A stretch of 63,972 bases of DNA, counting the filler, from Olpidium bornovanus S191 (lineage: Eukaryota > Fungi > Olpidiomycota), in the NCBI GenBank assembly GCA_017911155.1. It is 25 parts of 25 records of this genome, joined end to end, with 100 filler letters (N's around TTAATTAATTAA, not from the genome) between each part and the next. Parts side by side here need not be neighbours in the genome. Positions count along the whole stretch, not along the records: positions 38,127 to 47,158 come from JAEFCI010004845.1; positions 47,259 to 50,274 come from JAEFCI010002312.1; positions 50,375 to 52,483 come from JAEFCI010003704.1; positions 52,584 to 54,528 come from JAEFCI010012640.1; 21 more parts are not named here. One strand, given 5' to 3'. The notes beneath the pieces are model-generated. The model searched no databases and had not been told where the DNA came from. It saw only the letters and a program-made list of their open reading frames with translations. The position numbers were made by a program, and so were the translations under genes. Positions 40,771 through 52,749 of the stretch are shown here, piece by piece (the first letter of the stretch is position 1; each line of letters begins with the position of its first letter).

Positions 40771-41276
40771 GTTCCTTGACATCCTGGTCTTCAAGCCTTC
40801 AAGAGCGGACGCGTGTAGGCCGGTGTTCTCGTGGGGGGTGGCCGGGGGAAATTGAAACACCCAAGGCAGGACGAAAGAAGGCGACGACGCTCTCCATGAT
40901 GCTCCGTCGATTTGCGGGCCGACATACGTTGCAAGGAAGGAAAACAAAAGAAAAACCAAAACCAAAAAACGGAACGGGGACGCTCAGCAGATTCGCAGCA
41001 GATTCGTTCGGTGGCCGTGGCGTGGGTTGGTTGGGTTGGCGGAGTCGGGGTGGGCGGGTGGGCGACCGCCGGTCCGGTCTGCATGTCAGAATCCCGCCCT
41101 CCCACGCACACCGCGCCGGGCAGACGCTACCCCGCCAGCAACGCACTCGACCACCCACCCCTTTAGTAAGCCTCGGAAAACTTTAAGGAAACCCACGGTC
41201 GCCTTCCCCCACCCTCCCCACCGGCGTGGCAAGCTGCAGGAGCGTCGTCCTTGGGCGCTTCACACCGCTAGAGTCA

Positions 41277-42958
41277 ATGTGCGGAAGAACCTCCCTCGCC
41301 GTGGCGCCGGAGGTCATCGAGCAGGAGACCCGAGCGCAGCGCTGGGAGAACGCGCACCTGTACCGGCCCAGCCACAACGTCCCGCCCACAAGATACCAGC
41401 CCGTCGTCCTGCGCCTGCGCGGCGGAGCCGGTGCCCAGGGGGCCGCCGCAACCGCGGACGGTCAGGTGGCCGCCGGCGGCCTGTTACTGTGCTGCATGGT
41501 AGGCCGCCTCCCCGTTGGCGCGGAGGCGGCACGGGACGAAGGAGGGTGGAGGGGAGGTGGTTGTCCGCGTCTGATACCGGACGCCGACGCCGCCGTGCCG
41601 GTTAACGTCCTCCCGGCCAGAAATGGGGTCTCGTTCCGCCCTGGAAAACGGCGACCACGCCTGTGGTCAACGCGAGGTAAAAATATGTTTGCGAGCATTT
41701 TTCTCTCTGCTCACGCCTCCCCGGGGGAAGCGGGAGGAAAAGGGTGGAGGGAGAGAGAGAGAGAGAAAGAGAGAGCGGGTTGAAAGTCTCATACACTTTC
41801 GCCGGGGCTGTCTGGGCTCTGCTTGCCGTTTGCCCGTGTTGAACTCAGGGATGACTCTTTGACGGGGAACAAGCCGATGTTTTCCCGGCTGAAGCAGCAT
41901 AAGCGCTGCGCGGTCGTGGCCCAAGGGTGCGTCACCTTACTAAGACGTTCCTTTTTTTTTTGTTCATCCGCACGACCTCGTCCCGACCCTTCGCCCCGCG
42001 TCGCTTGCGCCCGCCAGCCGCCCGGTGACCCGGTTGCTTTCGTCGCACTCGTCTCAGGTACTTCGAATGGCAGCGGAAACAAAAGGACAAGCAGCCGTAT
42101 TTCGTGTCGAGGACAGACGGGAAGCTTATGCTTTTCGCGGGGCTGTACGACGAGGTGGTAGTCGGTGGTAATTATCAGTCGTCCCTGCCGGGTGCGCAGG
42201 TAAACCGCCGGAGACCGGCCCCGGCCCAACTGTCGTGTGACGGCTTTTTCCTTACTTTTTTGCAGGCGAGAGAGTCAAGACGTACACAATTGTGACCACG
42301 TCCGCCCCTCCGTCGATGCAGTTTCTGCACGACCGGATGCCCGTGCGCCTGGACCACGACGAAAATGCCCTGACGACGTGGCTTGATCCTGCCGTAGGGT
42401 GGACGCCGGAAGTCGCCCGCGTTTTGACGGCAGTCGACGACGGCTTGCAGCAGTTAGTTGTCAACCCGGGGGAAGAGGGGGGGGGGGGGGGGGGGAAGGG
42501 GTTTCTGGACACTCCTTACCGGGCCCACACCCCCCTTCCCCCATTTTGTCCCGTGCAGGTACAAGGTTTCGCAGGCCGTCGGGAAGGTCGGCAACGATGG
42601 ACCAGAGCTCGTCGAACCGTTGAAGGAGAAGAGACCGACCGCCACGGCGTCGAAGTCGAAGGACATCGCCAGCTTTTTTCAGCGGAAGAACCCGAGGTCC
42701 GAGGGCGCGACGGCGTGCAGCAAGAGGAAAGGCCAGGAGGAGAACGACGGGGGGCTCTCGCAGAGGGAAAAGTCCGGGGAGCACGCGGAAGGCGGACGGC
42801 CCGAAGAAGAGGGCAAGGGAGAAAAGCGGCTGCACCCCGCGGCGGGCGAGGAACCGCCGACCCTGCTTCCACCGAGCGCCGCGCCCCGCAAGCGCGCCAA
42901 AGTCAACGAGAAGGGGACCAGGACGCCGGGACGCGCGCGATCGAAAGTCAAGGCGTGA
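41277..42958 (+). CDS. HMCES: SRAP-domain abasic-site protecting protein (HMCES/YedK family)
   Basis: MCGRT start (catalytic Cys2), SHNVPPT, KWGLVPPW, VVNAR, YFEWQ..KQPYF, LFAGLYD, YTIVTT..FLHDRMPV, YKVSQAVGKVGNDGPELVEP. Confidence 0.95.
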
Positions 42959-43422
42959 ATCAATCAACCGAGCCGCGTAAACATTGTCTTCGGGGCGAGC
43001 GCGCCTTCCTTTTTTCGACTGCAGCGCGCCCTCCTTTTTTCGACTGCGGCGCGCCCTGTCCGCCATCGGCCGGATCCCTGTTTTCCCCATTGCCCGAATA
43101 ATAACGCTGGTGACGAACGACCCCGCGATGCGCGACGCGCGCTCTTTGCCAAACGCCGCGGACGACGTAAAAAGAAAAAAAGAAACGGTTTCCGCCGCAG
43201 TTCCCGAAAATCGGGAGACGATCCTGTTGTCGCCGCAAGCGGCGCGCCCTGCAAGCGCCGCGAAAGAGAGATGAGAGATTTTTGCGCGCCTTCGACACGG
43301 ATCCCTCCCCCCCCTGGCCCCGCCTCCCCCGGCCCCCCTGACGCGAATGGGGTCACGTGATTTCGGCGGCGGGAAGGAGGGATCTCAGCCCGCCCGGGCG
43401 AGAAGAGAGAAAACTCTGCCCG

Positions 43423-43469
<47 letters not shown>

Positions 43470-43611
43470 CATCTCTCTCCCTCGGCAGGTCCCTCGCTCG
43501 CCCCCCCACCCCCCTCCCGCTGCTTCTTCGCGGACGCCCGCCGGCGGACGAGGAGGCGGAAAAGAAGAAGAAGAAAAAAAAAAGAGGAACGAGAAAGCAG
43601 TGGCGGCCGCC

Positions 43612-44330
43612 ATGCTCCCCCTCGCCCGCGTCGCCCGCGCCGGCCGCTGCTGCGCCATCCTGCCGCCGCGCCTCGCCGTGACGCTCATCCGCGGCCCGCC
43701 CGCGTCCGGCTTCCACTCGGCCAAAAAACACAACGCCGACAAGGACATCTCCGTCTTTCCCGCGATCCTGGCCGTCGCGAGCTTTGCGCTCGGTGCGTGT
43801 GGTGGAGGCCGAGGGCTGCGAGGCGAGAAGAAAAGAAGGAGGGGGTGTTTTGACATCTTTTTTTGGTTCTCATTGCGGAGTGGGCAAGACACCGGGCCGG
43901 TTTCCCCGTCTCGCTGACGTAGTTTTCTTTTTTTTTTTCCATTGCGCACTCGCCTCGCGTTTGCCGCCCCGCTGCTCCTCCACGTTTGCTCTCTGCCGTC
44001 GGCCTTGATAAGGGGGAGCCGTCGCCGCCATTCAGATGGTAAGGAGCGACGATCTGGAGTTCTTTTTATTTTTTTTTGTCCGCCTCTATTGAGAAGGGCT
44101 TCCCCGGGGGGGGGGAAAGCTTTGAAGAGATGGGGAGTGGGGGTGGCGGGTGTGTGTGCGGCGGTGGGTGCGTCCCCGGATATTGTTGCTCGGCCCGGCT
44201 TTTTTTTTTTTTTTTTCCCCTTTCGCCGCCGGTCCCGCGACTGACGATTCGCTTGCCCGCCGTTCTGCTGTGCCGCGCCGACCCGCCGTCACGGTAGGGC
44301 TCGCGCAAGAAGAATTGGCCGTCCCAGTAG
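43612..44330 (+). CDS. Putative 79-aa single-pass mitochondrial microprotein
   Basis: Exons 43612-43792, 44013-44038 and 44298-44330 join in phase: MLPLARVARAGRCCAILPPRLAVTLIRGPPASGFHSAKKHNADKDISVFPAILAVASFALGGAVAAIQMGSRKKNWPSQ*. Confidence 0.55.
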
Positions 44331-45526
44331 GCGAAAGAGAACAGGATTTTTTTTTTCCTGCTGTCACATTCGTCGCCGATTAGTATTATTGTTATCGTTT
44401 TATCATTTCTCCGAATTTCGCCGCCCGCGCGCGCCGTCGCGCGCGCCGTCGTCCCGTCGGTTCGTCGGACGGTCCAGTTTCCTTCGTTCCAATCTGTTCC
44501 GTGCTTTGCTTTCCCGTTCCCCGCCACCTTTTCCGCCCGCTGTTTAATATTGCAATGGAATTTGTCGAAGTCGGAGGTGAATCGCGGCCGGCTTTTTTTA
44601 CACGCGGAAGTCCTCCCGAGGGTTCCCCCCGCCGGCGCGGGGCGGGGGAGGGCTTGTTAGCCCCGGGGCTGTCGGGGCAAATTCGTGGGGAACTGCCGCT
44701 GAGCTCGGGCACGGGCAAACGGGCGTCGAACGGGGAAAAAAAAAAAAAAAAAAAAAAAAAAAGACGCTCATATCGCGCGCCGCAGCGCTTTCACCCTTTC
44801 CCACCCCTTTTTTTTCACCCTCGCAGCGGGCTGCGCTGGTGGTGCGACCCCTCCTCAGAATCTTCGGTTCGAGTTTGCGGGAAAGTCAGCTTTCGTTCCG
44901 TCCCGTATTTACCTTCCTTTTTTTTTTTTTTTCCGAGTTCATCCCGCCGGAGGGTTTCGGAGAGCGAAAGACTCAGAATCGCTTTAACGCACTGCCCGCG
45001 TCTTCACCAGCCAGACGCCGTTCCTGAACTTTCCCCCCTTCCTCCATCGACAACGCGGTTTCTACTTCGCTCGGGAGAGTTCAAACACCCCTCGCTTTCC
45101 TCCTGTTGGCAACGACGACCGAGAAGAAGGATTACAGGTGTTGTACTGTACATACAGGGGATGGGCGGCGCGTGGTGCGCCCGTGTCTCGCCTCGGCCGC
45201 CCCCCCGTCCCACCCCCCCGTCAGCGTCATGCCCAGATCAGATCGCCTTCCTGCGCCAGCAGGGCGCTGTACTGACGTTCAGAGGCACAAAGGCCAAAAA
45301 AGAAAAGTAAAACACACACGTCGACAAAACACAATTCACTCTTCTTGAATCCCCCCCCGTTATTAAAACCTCCGGGTCGAAAGAGCTGCGGCGCTTTCGT
45401 CGTTACCGTGTATAACGAGGGGGGGGAGCGGACTTTCTCAGAAAGACGAGGGACAGGAAATGAGCGCCTGGCAGACGACGACCGACATCCCTTTGCCGCC
45501 CGAACGGGTCCTCCTCCCGCCGCCCG

Positions 45527-47158
45527 CTAGTGAGCGAACCGGAAAATGCCAAAGTTCTTTGAGCTGTCGGTGCACAGCGAGTATAGGGAACTGCTCTTGA
45601 CATCGAATTGGAGCTTAAGCAACCGGGACGCTGGTGGGTTGCCCCGAGAGGAAACGAAGAGCGCCCAAACATTGAGTTCGTTAACAACGGACACTCCGCT
45701 CCTTCCCTCCTCCCGGCAAATTCCTTCTGTCCTTCACAGCTTACCGTTGACTTTCTCGTGGTACATCGGAATACCCGAGATCTTGGTGTAGCGAATATCC
45801 CCTAACGACCGGAGCCGTCGTTCAGTACTGTCACAAAACCGCTGGGGAAAACACTGTGGAAGCCCACCGAATGCCTTCTGTTGCAAATGTCCAATCACAA
45901 AGCACTCACACAAGCTAAGCAGTCCGCTATGGCTCCCGCACGCAACCGTCCACCCGTTGGGGTGGAACGCCGGGGTGACGTACTTGCTGAGGTTTTCGCC
46001 GTTCGGGAAGCCGGTGACGAGAACTACAGGATTCGGTTTTCGGAAATCGCAGAACTGCAACTGGTCGGTGGAGAGAGCGATCCTGTTTCCACAGACAATT
46101 AGTGGAATCGCCTACCAGTCGACACGGACGCCAAGTAACGGAATGCTTACGTGGCGAGCTGTAGGTGCGGGTCAACCGGCGACGTACTGACGTGGTTTAC
46201 CTTGTGTGCCCATCCGCCACATTAGAACCAACAAACAACAACGTTCAAAGGAAAAACTTTAACCGACGAGCGCCGGCTTACCCTGCCGAGAAAGCGGTGA
46301 TCAACGACGCACCCCCCGTTTCCGACGTCTACGCCGTAACATTTGCTAGAAGCCCACTGTTGTCAGCCACGAGAAAAAGCTCTGGTCCGAACCGCAAAGC
46401 TGCAGGCGCGCCGAATCCCTACAAGTCTGTGCCGCCAGAATAGATGACATTGTGCTGCGGAACGCAATGTACGGTATTGATTTTCGACGTGTGATGAAAG
46501 CTCTTTAGCACTATCGGCGCCTCGACCTTGAGGAAAGTGCTTCCAGCTCCGGACGGCTGTCGGTCTAGTTTCGTCTTCCATAAATACTGTTGTGACGGAA
46601 TTCGGCATTCAACGGACAAAAATCCACTTCGTTCGAAAGGGGAAAAAAGGACATTGGAAAAAAAGCCACGACCCCGTACTCACAACAGACTTGTCTCCCG
46701 CTGTCGCAAACGACACGTCGCCATTTCCAAAGCAGCTGGCTGCGCTTACCGCGCTGATGCAATGGGGATCGTAGTCGACGTGCTGAATTCTGTATTCGAG
46801 TTTGCCCTAACGTACAATAACGAAATTGGAGGAAAGATTGAGCCTGATGTCCCAGGATCATTCGCAAAACACTGTTAGCCATTTCCAAACCTTGTGAGGG
46901 ATGACGCGCACAAGTGCGAGGTTCTTGAAGTCGCCGACAGCGGTCGCGCTGTGTCCGCCGGCTACGACTATGGTATCTCCCGAAAGCCAGGCTAGATCCT
47001 CCGGCCACTGCGTTTTCAGCGCCACTTGCGGGATACGCACCATAGGACCACTAGAAAACATAAGTAGCGAATGTGAGCAAAAGCAGTGCTTACTTTTTTC
47101 ATCTATCTTTTGCGCCCTTGTAGTAATTACTTCTGCATTGGAGATTGCGAGTTGCATG
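45527..47158 (-). CDS. WD40-repeat protein, C-terminal exons (5' partial)
   Basis: WPEDLAWLSGDTIVVAGG, HCISAV..VSFATAGDKSV, HTSKINTVHCVPQHNVIYSGGTD, TPAFHPNGWTVACGSHSG, final exon SRLLKLQFDVKSSSLYSLCTDSSKNFGIFRFAH*. Confidence 0.7.
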
Positions 47159-49053
47159 NNNNNNNNNNNNNNNNNNNNNNNNNNNNNNNNNNNNNNNNNN
47201 NNTTAATTAATTAANNNNNNNNNNNNNNNNNNNNNNNNNNNNNNNNNNNNNNNNNNNNGCTGCACCAACATCGAGAGCAGCTTCGTTACCACGCTACGAG
47301 GGCCAACTCATACGTAGTAGAGTCACTGTCACTCCTTCGGGGCGCACCTTTACCAGAACCCTCGGGATCAATGTACATGGTAGGTACAGCCAGAGGTTCT
47401 CTTCCTTCTAATTCATCTGAAAGGCATCCTCCGCGATTGCCCCGTAGTCCGTGCCTCAGGTGCAGAAGCGTTGGAGTTGTGCATTCACCGCCGAGGCCAT
47501 TCCGTTGGCCGTGTGCGGATTGTAGCCGGCTAGCCGGCCAATCTGTGCGGAAAAAACTGGATTTAGTTGTATCTCCATTTTTGGTCCCTCCGAACACCCA
47601 TCAGGACCGAAGTCATGCTGCAAAACAGCTCGGATTTAAAATCTTTCTTCATCCTAAACGAGGTCCAGTCTCGATGTTGGTGACGGCAGGAACCCGCTTT
47701 TGCCCTCAGCGTATTTGAAATCGCGGTGTGGCCCCGCCGTCGAGCAACTCCGTCGATATGAAAGCAAGGGAGGGTGGGCCGCCGGGGGCAACTTACTCAG
47801 CTACTTTTAGTAGTGAGCTGTTTTAGACATGCAAAACTCGCCCCGTCGCCGCTCTCCCTGTCGCCCCACCCGCTCTTCGCCGATCCTTCGACACCCTCCC
47901 CGCCCAACGCTGCGTCACCGATGCCAACCGAGGCCCTAACCGTCGACGATCCCTTGCGGCCGGTGATGGTTCGGCGCTACCCTCCTCGATTTCGGCGCAC
48001 GAAGGGTTATGGGGTTTCGCCCGTTCGTATTCGCCTCAGTCTATGTTTAACGTGCACGAAAGTCCGGAAATGCGCCTGTAACGCCTTGCCGTGACCGTTA
48101 AATGGTTAGAAAACATCCCGAGGCTGCTTTACATCGATGGAAATCTCGAAAACAGAGATAACATCGAAGTACCCCTCAGAAGGCCACAGGTAGGGTGCCC
48201 CGTGGATCCTGATTTTGGTCCGGACTTCTCTCCAAAATGAAGCAAAGATCAATCGGCGTTACGCATCGAAGACGGCGGGGAGTTTCTCCCACTGCGGGAG
48301 GAGGAGGTGAGGTGAGGGGGCGGGGAATGGATCGATGGATCGAGAGAAGTCATAGGAAATGCGCGTTACCAGCGGGAAAAAAGATACGATTTGTAGATCA
48401 GACGTCAAACAAGAATAGGACGAAAATTCGAACGAAATGATGGAAAAAATGGAAGGAAACGGTAGAGAAAAAAATGGTGAAAAAGGCATAAAGAACGTTT
48501 TGTGCGGCATGCAGCTGAAATTGTGAAGAACGCAATTCGATCACCATCTTTTAGGACTCCTCGCCAAGCGCCAAGTTTACCATGGTAATTAACGTCGCTG
48601 CAGGACTTGAAGGGCGACATATTTCTCGGAGTCATCCGCGCGGGTTTGCAAGTTCAGGCTTGTTTCGCACCCGACACGGGTGGACTAATCCGTCGTTGGC
48701 GCCGTGAATGCGGTCTGCAACGTCCACCATTGTGGCAAACGTACCGCGGTGATGCGCCAGCGGTCCTACGAATCTGGTGTGGTGGGGGGGGGGGGCCCGG
48801 TTTCTGCATCCTCAATGCCCCAAAAACGCCAACTACGACGTGAAACATGCAGCATTATAACTCCCCAACTCCCGCTATATCATACTTAGTCAGCTGGAAT
48901 TTAAAGCGTACAAAGTGTACAGCCGCTGCAACTGTACAGTCCGCCATGTACAAATATATAAGTGGGGAGAAAAAGTTTTCCCAGACCTCGTAAAAGTTCC
49001 ATTTCCTTCCTTTTTTTTTCCGGAAGGCTAATGGAACGGCGGAAGTCAAGCCG

Positions 49054-50190
<1,137 letters not shown>

Positions 50191-51419
50191 TAGCTACGGC
50201 GAAGCCCTGTTATTCTTCTACCATATTGAGTGCAGGCAGAATTCATCGCCGAAATAGAGAAAAACAACCACGACNNNNNNNNNNNNNNNNNNNNNNNNNN
50301 NNNNNNNNNNNNNNNNNNTTAATTAATTAANNNNNNNNNNNNNNNNNNNNNNNNNNNNNNNNNNNNNNNNNNNNCAGCGAAGTGCGAAGTGCGAGGAATG
50401 AACGTCGCGATCCTAAAGCCTAATTGCGTACGCCTTTACTGCAGACTGCAGTCTTGAGAGAGAATCTACCATCATCTTTCAACGCTCACGGCATGCCCAC
50501 AAGCGTCACATTTTTGCCCAAGAGCATTTCGGTTTCTGCAAATCCATCCGTTCTGATCGGAGGTCCCCCCCCCCTTCACCACTACCAAAATGTTCCTGCA
50601 AATCCACCTTTCCCGAGCCAGCGACAGTTCGTACCGTCCTGAGTAAGAACGTCTCTGCGCTGTAATCTTGCATCAAACCCCGCACAGTTTCTTGCTTTGG
50701 GTCGTCGTCACTACGGGCCGCTCCCCTCAGCGGTGTCGTCGCGCCCGAAGGCGATCCGGCGATACGGACTTGGCCGTTGTCCTCATGTCTGACGGACGGT
50801 GCTCTGGCCGACGGTGGGTTGAGGAAGCGCTTTTGCGGGCCGGACTCCCAGCGCACTTCACTGCGCGCCCGGTGTGCGGAGCGGTCTGTACGACCGAGGA
50901 GCGTTGGATGAAACACACGATCTCGTGACGGGGTCGACTCGGCAACGCTTGTGCGATTGCGCTGCACAGCACGGCGTTGGGAGTGGAGTATGCTCGGACA
51001 GCGTGGGAGGAGAGGCGGGGCAAACAGTTTGTTTCGGTCGACGGCGCAAGAAGGGCAGGGGAAGGATGACGGAAGCTGAGTTGGAGGCGGAACCGGAGGC
51101 GAAGTCCGCGGTTGACGAATAGGCTACGATAGAGCAGAGACGAATGGCGAGACCGTATCAAGGCGGGCCGAACGCATCGAAACAAGCCTAAATACGGCGA
51201 GACCGAAACAAGTGAGGTCATAACCTCCACCCAAAGTCAGAAACTAGAGAGACACAAAGAACCGCTGGGGACGGAGGAGGAATACCGGCACACTTCATAC
51301 AGCTATCATTTCTACACTTCTCTTTGTCTCAATAGTAGTGTGGAAGAACAACGGACATGTAGGCTGTGATGGTTTCGGTGTCACCGTATTCCGGCCCGGC
51401 TCAGCCGTGCGCCGCCAGC

Positions 51420-51552
51420 CTCGATTCGCATATTCAGGGAATTTGCAGACTCTGATTCACGGTTTCCGTGGATTTGCGAGCGTCAGCGGATTTGCGGGAT
51501 TTGGGGGATGCGCGCGGTTCGCGGAATTCGCAGGATTCGCAGATTTAGATTC
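51420..51552 (+). repeat. Degenerate 9-bp GGATT(C/T)GC array
   Basis: ggatttgcg, ggaattcgc, aggattcgc and agatttagattc. Confidence 0.75.
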
Positions 51553-52604
51553 CCGCGGCCGGGTAGCCGGAGCCGCAAACAGGATTTTCCGCCCACCTTT
51601 TTTGATGTTGTTGTAGTTGTTTCTGACCACTGCCGGCGTGCGTTTTCTTTTCTTTTTAATGACAGGCGCCGGCGTACATGTTTTCTTCCGTTTTTGCCGC
51701 CGCAGCGACAGGATTCGCGCTGGAATTGCTACGGGCCCTTTCTCTTTTTTCGCTTTTTTTTTCCGACGGACGCCGGCGTCCAACCCTTTTCTAAGAAAAG
51801 TTTTTCTTTTTTAGGCCAAGGAAGCTGTTGAAGATTTATGGCGCCAGGAGGCGGTCAGGAGGTAATTGTGTGCGTTGTGCACGTTGCCCGTGTCGTTGGG
51901 CGTGTCGCTGCGTACGTCGGAGCCAGAGCCGTAGCCGGAATCCGCGGATCTGCGCCGCCGCCGTTGTGCGCCGTCGCGTGCAGCGTTGTGCGGCCGCGCC
52001 GCCGTTGTGCAGCGTTGTGTCGACAACCCGGCCTGTCCTGCCGCTGCCGCCGTCATCGGCCCTACGCCGCTCGAACGGGGCACCTTTTGCCGCCGCTGTC
52101 GGCCCCCGATGCCGCCACCGCCCGCCTCACCTGACTGCCCTTGGCCGCCGTGACCGTTTTTTTTTTTAAAAAAAGGTTCGCTGGAAGTTACGCGTTTGAA
52201 ATGTGGTGGCGACGGGGGCAGGGTGCCACGCCCGAACGCCGTAACACCGAACGGAACCGCAGCGCCGAGACAAAAAAAGTCAAAACAAGCACGGAAAAGC
52301 CGTGGTGACCATCCCTCCACCCCAGCGCGGAACCGGGTGTACAGGCATGGGGACACCCCAGGGGGAAAGGACAAAGAACTTAGAATGGGGTTGCAAAAAA
52401 AAAAGGCAAGTCTCCAGCTCGCCTGACCGCTGAGCTACCCGCCCATACGTATTGGTTCAAAAGCGGCAAAAAAATGAATCATGNNNNNNNNNNNNNNNNN
52501 NNNNNNNNNNNNNNNNNNNNNNNNNNNTTAATTAATTAANNNNNNNNNNNNNNNNNNNNNNNNNNNNNNNNNNNNNNNNNNNNGGAGGAAGGGGGGGGGG
52601 GGGG

Positions 52605-52637
<33 letters not shown>

Positions 52638-52749
52638 GGGGTCCGCAGCCCAATTGGCGGGCGGGATCAGTTTTGGCAGATCAGCCAATATCGGAAAAAA
52701 AAAATAAAATAAAAAAGGCGCCGGCAACATCTCACTAGCCCCCCACCGA

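Noticed and set aside
43612-43792. SURF1/Shy1 call for the mitochondrial presequence plus TM exon
   Set aside because: The diagnostic LG.WQ..R..WK does not follow, and the in-phase exons end the protein at 79 aa.
50470-50540. In-frame TGA after GKNVTLVGMP (minus strand) as selenocysteine
   Set aside because: The TGA is part of a GTGAGC splice-donor-like site. No SECIS or redox motif is evident.
51130-51200. SRDEWRDRIK as the C-terminus of an RTE-type LINE ORF
   Set aside because: No reverse-transcriptase motifs upstream. Too short to support the call.
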